From a virus: a DNA stretch of 64,000 nucleotides. Each line of letters starts with the position of its first letter. The first letter of the stretch is position 1. Under the pieces are notes generated by a model, which did no database searches, was not told the DNA's origin, and worked only from the letters and a program-made list of their open reading frames with translations. Of this stretch, positions 9,040 through 16,881 are shown piece after piece. The position numbers and the translations under genes were made by a program. The DNA lies in IMG/VR virus record IMGVR_UViG_3300044904_000300, positions 1-64,000 of that record. One strand, written 5' to 3'.

Positions 9040-9348
9040 ATGACGAACTTCAGTGATCTTGAATTTCACGACGTATTTACGCAAGAGCCCTCTATGCAAG
9101 GCATTGGAGCGCGTCACGTCTTTGAGAACGGCTATGGCGTCGTTCGGCACGGCGGGTCGTATGGAGGTCCTAACGGCTTCTATGAAGTTGCAGTGCTGGC
9201 GTGGGATGGAAGTTTGTGCTATGATACTCCCGTGACCAATGACGTGTTGGGTTGGTTGTCGGAAGATGGTGTCGCGGATATCATGCAGAAGGTGGAAGCT
9301 CTACCTCCCGCGCCAAGCACCAAGGGGTTCAAGTCCATCAAGAAGTAG
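9040..9348 (+). CDS. Conserved-looking phage hypothetical protein
   Basis: SD AAAGGA before ATG 9040; motif FENGYG....GSYGG..G.YEVAVL. Confidence 0.7.
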   Translation: MTNFSDLEFHDVFTQEPSMQGIGARHVFENGYGVVRHGGSYGGPNGFYEVAVLAWDGSLCYDTPVTNDVLGWLSEDGVADIMQKVEALPPAPSTKGFKSIKK

Positions 9349-9530
9349 AGTTATGTGCGCGTTGCTTGAGGATCGCAAGCAAGTAATGGCCGCGGTAACG
9401 TCCAGACAGCCAGTGCCCGCACGCCTCGGGCAGCGAACACCAAGAGTGCCGGATATCGTGCGGACCAGGTCCGCCTAAAGGGGCTAGTCACCCCGCCTGA
9501 AATTGACTACTTCAGGTTCGGCCGATTTTT

Positions 9531-9607
9531 GCTCCCGTCGTCCAGCGGACTAGGGCGCCACGCTACGAACGTGGATACCGCAGGTTCGAATCCTGCCGGG
9601 AGTACCA
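9531..9607 (+). tRNA. tRNA-Arg(ACG)
   Basis: GCTCCCG/CGGGAGT acceptor; CCACG-CTACGAA-CGTGG; TTCGAAT; ACCA. Confidence 0.92.
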
Positions 9608-9718
9608 GACAGACATATAGGTTGTGAGCGCAGCCAGAGAGTCAAAAACACTGCTGACCGGATGGTCAGAACTTTCCGCGGCTATAGACGGACGGAAAGA
9701 CGCTCAGATTTTTAGTAT

Positions 9719-9794
9719 AGGACAGTAGCTCAATGGTCAGAGCTTTCGGTTGATAACCGAAGGGTTGATGGTTCGACTCCATCTCGTCCTACCA
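9719..9794 (+). tRNA. tRNA-Ile(GAT)
   Basis: TTCGG-TTGATAA-CCGAA; GATGG-TTCGACT-CCATC; ACCA. Confidence 0.88.
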
Positions 9795-9802
9795 AATTTT
9801 AT

Positions 9803-9880
9803 GCCCAAGTAACTCAGCCCAGTCAGAGTGCTTGCCTGTTAAGCAAGGAGCCGTAGGAGCGAAGCCTACCTTGGGCGCCA
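9803..9880 (+). tRNA. tRNA-Asn(GTT), atypical T-loop AGCGAAG
   Basis: GCCCAAG/CTTGGGC acceptor; CTTGC-CTGTTAA-GCAAG; GCCA. Confidence 0.88.
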
Positions 9881-9950
9881 AACAACGCGGAGGTCGTATG
9901 TCCAGCGGAGGTAAGTCATGTTAGTGTAACCTAAAGGAGGTGAAACTAAC

Positions 9951-10088
9951 ATGGCTGGGAAGAAGATTCTCGCACAGAAGTTCGACCGGGCCGACAAGTC
10001 CCATTTCAAGGGGAAAGTCGGACACACCCGCACGGGAGCCTGCACCGCAAGGGGCAAGTGCTACCACGGGCGCGCTAAGAGCCGGTAA
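9951..10088 (+). CDS. 45-aa basic peptide whose RBS is sequestered in a hairpin
   Basis: Strong SD AAGGAGGTG; MAGKKILAQKFDRADKSHFKGKVGHTRTGACTARGKCYHGRAKSR. Confidence 0.6.
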   Translation: MAGKKILAQKFDRADKSHFKGKVGHTRTGACTARGKCYHGRAKSR

Positions 10089-10095
10089 TCGTTTT

Positions 10096-10171
10096 GGACT
10101 TTGAGCAAGTGTGGTCATTGCGGTGGTCTGAAGAACCACAGAACTCAGTTCGATTCTGAGGGAGTCCACCA
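10096..10171 (+). tRNA. tRNA-Phe(GAA)
   Basis: GTGGT-CTGAAGA-ACCAC; CTCAG-TTCGATT-CTGAG; ACCA. Confidence 0.88.
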
Positions 10172-10328
10172 CATCGTCGGCCGGTCGCTAAGGAAGTTCC
10201 AGTGGGATACTCTCCAGCACCGACGTAAAATAACATGACGGAATCCCACATTTTCACTTGACAAAAAGTATGTCCTGTGAGACAATAGCATCAACAATAG
10301 TAATGCGCCATGAGCGCAGGGAGACAGT

Positions 10329-10718
10329 ATGACAGTTACCACAACGAATGGCAAGACCTACCGAATTCAGTTCGTGCATTCCCCGCACGACGTTAAGCAC
10401 CTACGACAGGGCACGCCTGGCGGACTCCGCCAGATCGTGGACAACCTTGCGTTGAGCCTTCGCCGGCGCGTGACGCTTTGTGAACTGGCAATTTGGACAG
10501 GCGAGGAACATGTCACGGGAACTGACGACAACGGCGCCGTGCGTTGGAGCCGAGTGTTCGAGGTAATCGCACAGGGATTCGCGATCTGCCACTATTTCGA
10601 CCAGTTCAATAAGTCGGTTGGACGTGAGCAGTCGTTGAGCCGTGCGCTCAAGGTGAGCGGCCTGGATCGTCTCACGCAGGAAGAACTTGCAGCATCGTAT
10701 TACACGTATTGCAAGTAA
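10329..10718 (+). CDS. Hypothetical protein
   Basis: SD GGGAG; upstream promoter TTGACA-17-GACAAT at 10258-10286. Confidence 0.65.
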   Translation: MTVTTTNGKTYRIQFVHSPHDVKHLRQGTPGGLRQIVDNLALSLRRRVTLCELAIWTGEEHVTGTDDNGAVRWSRVFEVIAQGFAICHYFDQFNKSVGREQSLSRALKVSGLDRLTQEELAASYYTYCK

Positions 10719-10727
10719 GAGCGTTCT

Positions 10728-10815
10728 GGAAGCGTAGACCAACTGGTGGGTCAGTAGTCCTGAAAACTATCACCCCTAAGACGGGATGAGGGTTCGAATC
10801 CTTCCGCTTCCGCCA
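10728..10815 (+). tRNA. tRNA-Ser(TGA)
   Basis: GGAAGCG/CGCTTCC acceptor; GTAGT-CCTGAAA-ACTAT; long V-arm; GCCA. Confidence 0.88.
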
Positions 10816-10934
10816 AGGCAGGTCAGGTATGTAATCTGCAGGCATACCAGACAAAGTGACGGTCGAGGGTCTAGACCTTTCGGCAGGTAAACTGTCATCA
10901 TGCTCGTATTGCCGAGACGGGCACTTAAGTTTTT

Positions 10935-11023
10935 GGAGGCGTGGACTGTAGGCAAAGAGTCAACTGGTTCGAACCCAGTCGCCCCGCAAGGGGATGGGCG
11001 TTCAATTCGCTCCGCCTCCGCCA
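10935..11023 (+). tRNA. tRNA-Ser(CGA)
   Basis: GGAGGCG/CGCCTCC acceptor; ACTGG-TTCGAAC-CCAGT; V-arm CCCC-GCAA-GGGG; GCCA. Confidence 0.88.
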
Positions 11024-11027
11024 TTTT

Positions 11028-11372
11028 ATGCGACGAGATTACAAGAGTGAACAGCTAGGAATACCGTATGGTACCGCGGTTCATCAACTGCGTAAGAGGA
11101 TGTTATTTCACTTAGCGCGGCAGTTGGGAATGACTGTGTGTTTTCATTGCGGAAAGGAAATAACAGAGCTTACGGAATTCTCGCTAGAGCACAAAATACC
11201 GTGGTTGCATAATGATGTGTCGCTATTTTGGAGCGTGGAAAACATTGCGTTTTCTCATTTGAAATGCAACACTGATGCCGGTGGAAAGAAAAGTAGATAT
11301 CGTTTGGGTCATTCCCCTTCGTCGGAAACTCGGGCAAAGATAAGCGAATCTCTGAAACAAAGAAATCGTTGA
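11028..11372 (+). CDS. HNH endonuclease inserted between tRNAs
   Basis: CFHCG....SLEHKIPW.......ENIAFSHLKCN followed by a NUMOD3-like HSPSSETRAKIS. Confidence 0.75.
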   Translation: MRRDYKSEQLGIPYGTAVHQLRKRMLFHLARQLGMTVCFHCGKEITELTEFSLEHKIPWLHNDVSLFWSVENIAFSHLKCNTDAGGKKSRYRLGHSPSSETRAKISESLKQRNR

Positions 11373-11383
11373 CAATTGAATTT

Positions 11384-11471
11384 CGGACGGTGGCGTAACT
11401 GGCAGCCGCGTAGGGTTGAGAGCCCTATGGTCTAAACAACCGTGTGGGTTCAACTCCCACCCGTTCGACCA
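11384..11471 (+). tRNA. tRNA-Leu(GAG), long V-arm
   Basis: TAGGG-TTGAGAG-CCCTA; GTGGG-TTCAACT-CCCAC; ACCA. Confidence 0.9.
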
Positions 11472-11476
11472 AGAAA

Positions 11477-11571
11477 CCGGAAGACCTGTTCGATTCAGGT
11501 ACACGCGCCGACGGGTGCGTGAAGTGCGGGACGCCGCATCCAAGAATTAGTGTAATGGTAGCACGCCGGTC
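11477..11571 (+). pseudogene. tRNA fragments (T-arm and D-arm remnants)
   Basis: ACCTG-TTCGATT-CAGGT; TAGTGTAATGGTAGCACG D-arm-like segment with no downstream body. Confidence 0.45.
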
Positions 11572-11579
11572 TATTTTAG

Positions 11580-12011
11580 TTATGCTAATACCACTTTATC
11601 AAAAATGCGGAATGCTGGATGTTTTTTCGCGTAGTTGATAAGACCAGTTCTGCTTCCTGCGGCGCCGAATTTATGAGCGATTGAGTCGCTGGCTGACCAC
11701 ATTGCAAGCGCGATTTTGGCAGTTTTTGTTTCGGGGAAGTAAGTAAGATAAATGGGAACGACGGTATCATCTACGAGCCGGTCGAGTAAAGTGAGCATCG
11801 TATCGTGTGTGCAAATCTCTCGGTCCCACACATAAAGTTTCTTGGGCATAATGAGACCGCCGAGGTCGTAGACATTATCGGCCGAGATCCAATGATGTCC
11901 GACCTCACGAAGTTCTGACCGTGTCGGATTCACGTAGATTTCGGTATACCCGTAGTTGCCCTTACCGCCACGAAGGAATTTCTCGATGAGGAACTGGTGG
12001 AATGTCAACAT
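11580..12011 (-). CDS. Tandem paralog 4, putative internal virion protein
   Basis: MLTFHQFLIEKF..G..GNYGYTEIYVNPT...LYVWDRE..H. Confidence 0.75.
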   Translation of the reverse strand: MLTFHQFLIEKFLRGGKGNYGYTEIYVNPTRSELREVGHHWISADNVYDLGGLIMPKKLYVWDREICTHDTMLTLLDRLVDDTVVPIYLTYFPETKTAKIALAMWSASDSIAHKFGAAGSRTGLINYAKKHPAFRIFDKVVLA

Positions 12012-12013
12012 GA

Positions 12014-12424
12014 TTAGAACTTCTTGATGGAACTAAAGATTTTGAACGCTGGGTGTTTCTCAAGCCCTTCAATCATTTCGCGTTCGTCCTCGTCGCTCCA
12101 GCGGTCTTTTCCTGAAGCGAACCAACTGAAGGTCGCGATGCTAGCCTCGACGCCGTTGGTGGCTTTATTATAGTAGAGATAGAGCGGGATGAAGTCTTCG
12201 TTGCTCCTGATAACTTTCGGCTTGACTGCGGCGTGTTCCGCTTCATCGCGACTCCAGATGAAAAGGTCTTTGTTGGTGGCGAAGGCGCCGATTTGGTCAC
12301 CGCCCCGAGCGCACTGCATGACTTCATATTTGGTGGGGTTCTTATAGACTTCCCCGTAGCCGAATTGGCCGTCAACGCCGCAAAAGAACTTTTCGCGAAT
12401 GAGGAATTGTTTGAATGTCAGCAT
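12014..12424 (-). CDS. Tandem paralog 3, putative internal virion protein
   Basis: MLTFKQFLIREKF..G..GQFGYGEVYKNPT...LFIWSRD.AEH. Confidence 0.75.
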   Translation of the reverse strand: MLTFKQFLIREKFFCGVDGQFGYGEVYKNPTKYEVMQCARGGDQIGAFATNKDLFIWSRDEAEHAAVKPKVIRSNEDFIPLYLYYNKATNGVEASIATFSWFASGKDRWSDEDEREMIEGLEKHPAFKIFSSIKKF

Positions 12425-12426
12425 GG

Positions 12427-12916
12427 TTAGATCGTTATCGTGTCGCCGTCATAGGTGACGATTTTCTTGAACTTCTTGAGTTGCGGATGCCCCTTGACAC
12501 GACGACGCATAATTGAAAGTTCTGGGTCACTCGCTGTGGACTTTTCGAGTTTCTTGTTGTCTGCGTCCGAAAAGCTAAACGACGATGCGGAAATGGCCAG
12601 CACGTCGGGGATGTAAAAGAAGTAGCAATACAGCGGGAACCAGTTGGGTTCGAGTTTGGAAATTTCATAGCTTGCTGAATGGTGTTCGGCGTTCTCCCGA
12701 TCAAAGACATAGAGGTCCTTGCTTGTGAGAATGCCTCCAGCGTAGTAACACATCTTTCCGTAGTCTTCTTCAAGGGACCACGGAGCATGTTGCTTGTGTC
12801 CTACTTTAGTCCATTCGATTTTCGTGGGGTTCTTGTAGATTTCGGCGTACGCCGTAGTTCGCATCAAAGCCCTTGAGGAACTTTTCGATGAGGAAGTGTT
12901 CGTAGGTAAGCAGCAT
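12427..12916 (-). pseudogene. Tandem paralog 2, interrupted by a 1-nt frameshift near 12850
   Basis: ATG 12916 gives MLLTYEHFLIEKFLKGFDANYG; the family continuation YAEIYKNPT lies in another frame (GGC-G-TAC). Confidence 0.7.
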
Positions 12917-12927
12917 AGTTTGACAAC

Positions 12928-13398
12928 TTAATAGGAATCGCTCTCATTATCAACAGCCACTCGGCTGAAGATTTTGAAGGGCTTGAGTTTTCGGCAATAC
13001 CGAACAAGTTCGTTGTTTGATCCGAATTGCGCGTCACCCATTTCGCCTTGGCTGTATTCAGCAATTCGGACAGTTGCGGCCTTTGTCCTCGGGTCAAATC
13101 GGAGATAGATGCACTCCACACTATCGCCTTTATGCGGGATGTTGTGCCAAACAGTCGAGTGCGTGGCTTGTCCGCGGTCCCATAGATAAAGGTGGTCGTC
13201 GTGGATGAGACCCCCGAGGTCGATGTTTTTGGTGCCAGTTCCGAGACGATTGATGGAAGAGCTATCGTTGTTACGGTTTGCTTCGTATGCTAACTTGAGA
13301 ATTTCGAGATACTTCGGGTCCTTCCAGATTTCGGCATAACCGAAACCGTGGACCCCTTTGAGGAACCGTTCTGCGAGGAATTGAGCAAAAGAGAGCAT
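12928..13398 (-). CDS. Tandem paralog 1, putative internal virion protein
   Basis: MLSFAQFLAERFLKG..GFGYAEIWKDP...LYLWDRG.ATH; late promoter CTAAATA on the minus strand at 13404-13410. Confidence 0.75.
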   Translation of the reverse strand: MLSFAQFLAERFLKGVHGFGYAEIWKDPKYLEILKLAYEANRNNDSSSINRLGTGTKNIDLGGLIHDDHLYLWDRGQATHSTVWHNIPHKGDSVECIYLRFDPRTKAATVRIAEYSQGEMGDAQFGSNNELVRYCRKLKPFKIFSRVAVDNESDSY

Positions 13399-13585
13399 GA
13401 CGGTATTTAGAAACAAGCGGATACGGGGAAGGACTGGTGTTCGCGGCCGCTTCTGTAGAGCGACACCCACTGGACGGGCATATGTTCCGTAGGGCCTTCT
13501 CGTTTTTGAAACGATTTAAAATGTTCATAAGTATTGACATTACACGGGTTAGCATCAATTACTATGGACGTTATGAAACGATTTT

Positions 13586-13660
13586 GTGTCCTTGGCCTAG
13601 CAGCTTGGGCGTAGGGTTGTGGCCCCTATTACGCTGGTGCGACTCCAGCAGGACACCCCA
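13586..13660 (+). tRNA. tRNA-His(GTG), no encoded G-1
   Basis: GTGTCCT/AGGACAC acceptor, C73-CCA; TAGGG-TTGTGGC-CCCTA; the base before G1 is T. Confidence 0.85.
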
Positions 13661-13665
13661 ATTTC

Positions 13666-13755
13666 GGAGGGTAGGCCAATCGGTCTGGCAAGCAGTTTGC
13701 TAAACTGTCGCCTCTAACAAAGGGGCTGTAGGTTCAACTCCTGCACTCTCCGCCA
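13666..13755 (+). tRNA. tRNA-Ser(GCT)
   Basis: GCAGT-TTGCTAA-ACTGT; long V-arm; GCCA. Confidence 0.9.
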
Positions 13756-13771
13756 TTTGAAGGACGTGGTT

Positions 13772-14617
13772 ATGTTGTTTGATAATACGGGCTGGCCGAC
13801 AGCGGAAAACCCCAATTTTTGGAGTATCGTTTCGGAGCGAATCGCAAAGGAATTGCCCCTATATGCGGGAGCGGTGAAATTGTGGCCGCTGGTTTACCGG
13901 ATTCCGTTCTGGTATCCGAATATCACTCCGCTGGAAGTGAACTATCTGATCGGGGTGCAGGATCATTACCGATACGCCATATCGGAGAGTGAGCAGGAAC
14001 GGTTCAGAAAGGGATTGACGGAGCCGATGCTCGGGCATACCGAGGATAGTTACGCGCAGACGGTGTTCGATTTCGGAATAGATGACATCAAAACATCCGC
14101 GCAAGCCATCAGAATGGCGCACGAGGTCATCAAGATTGAGCAGGGCCTGAAACCCATTACATACTACGAGCATATCGTAGAGATTGGCGGGGGCATCGGA
14201 GAGCTAGCCAGGTTCTGCGTGGACTATGGGTTCACGGGACGCTATACGATACTGGACCTCGCGCCCGTGCTCGATATTCAACGAGCGTATTTGGATGGAG
14301 CGTATCCTGGTCGGTTCAACTATGCGTCCGATGTATCGGACATCCCCAAACTCGGTACCACGCTCGTTATCGGGACATGGTCGCTTTCGGAGATTGCGTT
14401 TGTTGAGCGGGCTCGTATTTGTGCGGCGTTAGCTGGCGCGGAGTGGTTCGTGATCTTTCAGAACCTCGTATTCGGGATGTCAAATACCGAGTGGTTCGTG
14501 CGGCACTTCAAGGGACTAACGAAATGTAACGCGGTGCGGTTTGAGAACATGACGTTTCACCAATTCCAGGGTGGCGCGTTTTATCTTTACGGACGGGACC
14601 AAGATCAAGCTCTATGA
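13772..14617 (+). CDS. Putative sugar O-methyltransferase (SAM-dependent)
   Basis: HIVEIGGGIG SAM motif; YTILDL..V..IQRAYL; IGTWSLSE. Confidence 0.7.
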   Translation: MLFDNTGWPTAENPNFWSIVSERIAKELPLYAGAVKLWPLVYRIPFWYPNITPLEVNYLIGVQDHYRYAISESEQERFRKGLTEPMLGHTEDSYAQTVFDFGIDDIKTSAQAIRMAHEVIKIEQGLKPITYYEHIVEIGGGIGELARFCVDYGFTGRYTILDLAPVLDIQRAYLDGAYPGRFNYASDVSDIPKLGTTLVIGTWSLSEIAFVERARICAALAGAEWFVIFQNLVFGMSNTEWFVRHFKGLTKCNAVRFENMTFHQFQGGAFYLYGRDQDQAL

Positions 14618-14858
14618 TGACGGGCAATCTTGTTGTGAGTCTCGCTACATGCGAACGGACGACACGCTCACGGATTATGCGGGCGCGGAGTTGCTCGATG
14701 TGGCGCTGGAAGATGCGCCAAGTCTTCCCGCAGGTGGTGAGGAGCATGAGGTTCAGTTCTTGCGCGTGAAGACGAGCAAGGGAACGTTTGTCATGTCCTC
14801 GCACAACGAACATAATGGCTACTACGGTGGCTTTTGGATCGTGGTTGTAAAGGAATAG
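14571..14858 (+). CDS. Hypothetical protein
   Basis: QSCCESRYM...HNEHNGYYGGF motif of a type I recall from phage proteins. Confidence 0.6.
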   Translation: MARFIFTDGTKIKLYDDGQSCCESRYMRTDDTLTDYAGAELLDVALEDAPSLPAGGEEHEVQFLRVKTSKGTFVMSSHNEHNGYYGGFWIVVVKE

Positions 14859-15066
14859 AGCCGCGTGGAGTAATGGTCCACTAGTCAGGGGTAGGTGGTC
14901 CCCGACGATAGAACCCGTGTCATTAGCGGGAAACAAAACACTCTTTGACCGGATAGGTCCGCAGTGACGGAGGCGTGAGAGGGCAACCGGGGAGTAGAGG
15001 GCGCGTTGATATCAGCGTGTAATCCCAAAGCATCGATCCGAGACCCTTCACCGTCAGCTAGTTTAT

Positions 15067-15141
15067 CGGGGCGTAGCGTAGAAGTTACGCGCTCGGTTCG
15101 GGACCGAGAGGACGCTGGTGCGAGTCCAGCCGCCCCGACCA
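15067..15141 (+). tRNA. tRNA-Pro(CGG)
   Basis: CGGGGCG/CGCCCCG acceptor; CTCGG-TTCGGGA-CCGAG; ACCA. Confidence 0.9.
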
Positions 15142-15148
15142 TAACATT

Positions 15149-15499
15149 ATGAAGCGCAAACTTTTCTCTGTAACGATAGACGATTGCCGCGTGGACACCT
15201 TTTGCACAGGAGGCCACGGCGGACAGAACCAGAACGCGAAGAAGATGGGCGTGCGGATTACTCATCGACCGTCCGGTGCTGTGGGCGAATGCCGCGAGGA
15301 GCGTCACCAGCATACGAACAAGGTTCGGGCGTTCACGCGCATGGCGGAGACCGCGGAGTTTCGGAATTGGGTGCGCCTGACTGCGGCCCAGATACAAACG
15401 GGTAAGTCTGTGGACGACCTCGTAGATGAGGCGATGAACATGGAGAACTTGCGCGTGGAAGTGAAAGACGAGGATGGAAAATGGACACCGGAAAAGTAA
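15149..15499 (+). CDS. RF-1-domain peptidyl-tRNA hydrolase (ArfB/PrfH-like)
   Basis: TGGHGGQNQN GGQ motif, VRITHRPSG, ERHQHTNK; no codon-recognition domain. Confidence 0.85.
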   Translation: MKRKLFSVTIDDCRVDTFCTGGHGGQNQNAKKMGVRITHRPSGAVGECREERHQHTNKVRAFTRMAETAEFRNWVRLTAAQIQTGKSVDDLVDEAMNMENLRVEVKDEDGKWTPEK

Positions 15500-16083
15500 A
15501 TGAGTTTGTAGGAATGCCCAAGATGGCTCGGCTCTCCCGTGAAATCATTATCACGGAGAAGATCGACGGGACGAATGGCCAGATCTTCATCGCGCCGGAG
15601 TGTGCGCCAATCACGCTTGAATCGGGCCGCGTGGTTCCGTTCCTGGTGGGATCGCGCACTCGCTGGATCTTCCCCGAGAGTGATAACCATGGATTCGCAA
15701 AGTGGGCCTATGAGAACGAGCAGGGCTTGCTTGCGCTCGGTCCGGGCCGACACTTTGGTGAGTGGTGGGGACCAGGGATTCAGCGTGGTTATGGGCTACG
15801 GGAAAAGCGTTTCAGCCTCTTCAACGTCGTGCGATGGGGGCAGCCGGAACCAGGACGTGTGTTCCATACGGTGCCGGTGCTCTACAGAGGGATGTTTACT
15901 ACGGATGCGGTCGGGACGGCGTTGGATATCCTGCGCGAAGCGGGGTCTCTTGCGTCTCCAGGGTTCATGCGTCCCGAAGGTGTCGTCGTGTATCACGTCG
16001 CGGGGAACGTCGGCTTTAAGAAAACGCTTGAAAACGACGAGTTGCCAAAATCTCTAGTGAAGGAATTTAGCTATGAAGTATGA
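15481..16083 (+). CDS. RNA ligase (nucleotidyltransferase superfamily)
   Basis: Motif I TEKIDGTN, FGEWWG, motif IV PEGVVV, motif V FKK. Confidence 0.8.
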   Translation: MDTGKVNEFVGMPKMARLSREIIITEKIDGTNGQIFIAPECAPITLESGRVVPFLVGSRTRWIFPESDNHGFAKWAYENEQGLLALGPGRHFGEWWGPGIQRGYGLREKRFSLFNVVRWGQPEPGRVFHTVPVLYRGMFTTDAVGTALDILREAGSLASPGFMRPEGVVVYHVAGNVGFKKTLENDELPKSLVKEFSYEV

Positions 16084-16306
16084 GGATGAGCGGTATATGA
16101 CGAGTAAGCAGATGGCGATTATTGCCATGACTAAGGCGTTGACGAAGGCAAAGATTCCTCACGGCATCGATGCGAACGGACACGCGCTTGTAATGTGGTG
16201 GGACTTTGAAACGACGGAGATGGTCAAGGCAGGCAGCATCAATCATTTTCGGCAGCAGTGGGTGGAAGATGCGCCGAAATCGCTTGACACCGCAGCGGAA
16301 GTGTGA
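16073..16306 (+). CDS. Hypothetical protein
   Basis: Coupled ORF with SD AAGGA. Confidence 0.55.
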   Translation: MKYEDERYMTSKQMAIIAMTKALTKAKIPHGIDANGHALVMWWDFETTEMVKAGSINHFRQQWVEDAPKSLDTAAEV

Positions 16307-16319
16307 GATACTATTTGCT

Positions 16320-16571
16320 ATGAGATTACTTACAAAGGATAGCGTTATCGTTCGTGCGGCGATGGATAGTCGGGTTTGGCGCTCGTCGGAGCGGTACCGC
16401 GCACAGCAGGACGTCGAGGCTGTGCGGGCTCATCTGGAGACCATGGCCAAGCGTCTCGCAGTGCTTGATGCGGAGATTGCAGAAATCGATGCATTTCTCA
16501 GAGGCGAGGGATTTTCGGTCGCGGAGCTTGCTGATGATTCTGTGCAGCGGCTCATGTCTGATAGTAGATAG
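16320..16571 (+). CDS. Hypothetical coiled-coil protein
   Basis: ATG 16320 follows the promoter TTGACA-17-GATACT. Confidence 0.55.
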   Translation: MRLLTKDSVIVRAAMDSRVWRSSERYRAQQDVEAVRAHLETMAKRLAVLDAEIAEIDAFLRGEGFSVAELADDSVQRLMSDSR

Positions 16572-16577
16572 TTTAGT

Positions 16578-16652
16578 CGGGGAATAGCCAAGTGGTATGG
16601 CGTTCGGTTTGGGACCGAAAAATCGGGGGTTCGAACCCCTCTTCCCCGACCA
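16578..16652 (+). tRNA. tRNA-Pro(TGG)
   Basis: CGGGGAA/TTCCCCG acceptor; TTCGG-TTTGGGA-CCGAA; ACCA. Confidence 0.92.
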
Positions 16653-16672
16653 CCTTTTCATGGGAGTGTGCT

Positions 16673-16879
16673 GTGAGTAATGTATCATCTTCGTCTAGTG
16701 CCGGAATGGGTCTTGGAGGTTGGTTGACAGTCTTGTTCGTCGGCCTCAAGCTGACCCACTGCATCGACTGGTCCTGGTGGTGGGTGCTGTCTCCTCTGTG
16801 GATTACAGCGGGGTTTGTTCTCGCGTTTATGCTCATCCTTCTTCTCATCATGATCGTTGCGGCGATTGCGGGGAAGTAA
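16673..16879 (+). CDS. Small membrane protein
   Basis: L..LF..LKLT..IDWSWWWVLSPLWI motif. Confidence 0.7.
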   Translation: MSNVSSSSSAGMGLGGWLTVLFVGLKLTHCIDWSWWWVLSPLWITAGFVLAFMLILLLIMIVAAIAGK

Positions 16880-16881
16880 GT

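Noticed and set aside
9970-10090. RNase P RNA-like words (ACAGAA, GGGAAAGTCGG, CTAAGAGC, CGGTAA)
   Set aside because: Their order and P4 geometry (bulged U) do not fit. The region is better explained by a 45-aa ORF with a strong SD.
13410-13500. Possible three-way junction (GAAGG/CCTTC, GGTGT-TCGC/GCGA-CACC)
   Set aside because: The helices are short, lie in a divergent promoter gap and have no clear transcription unit, so they are too weak to report.
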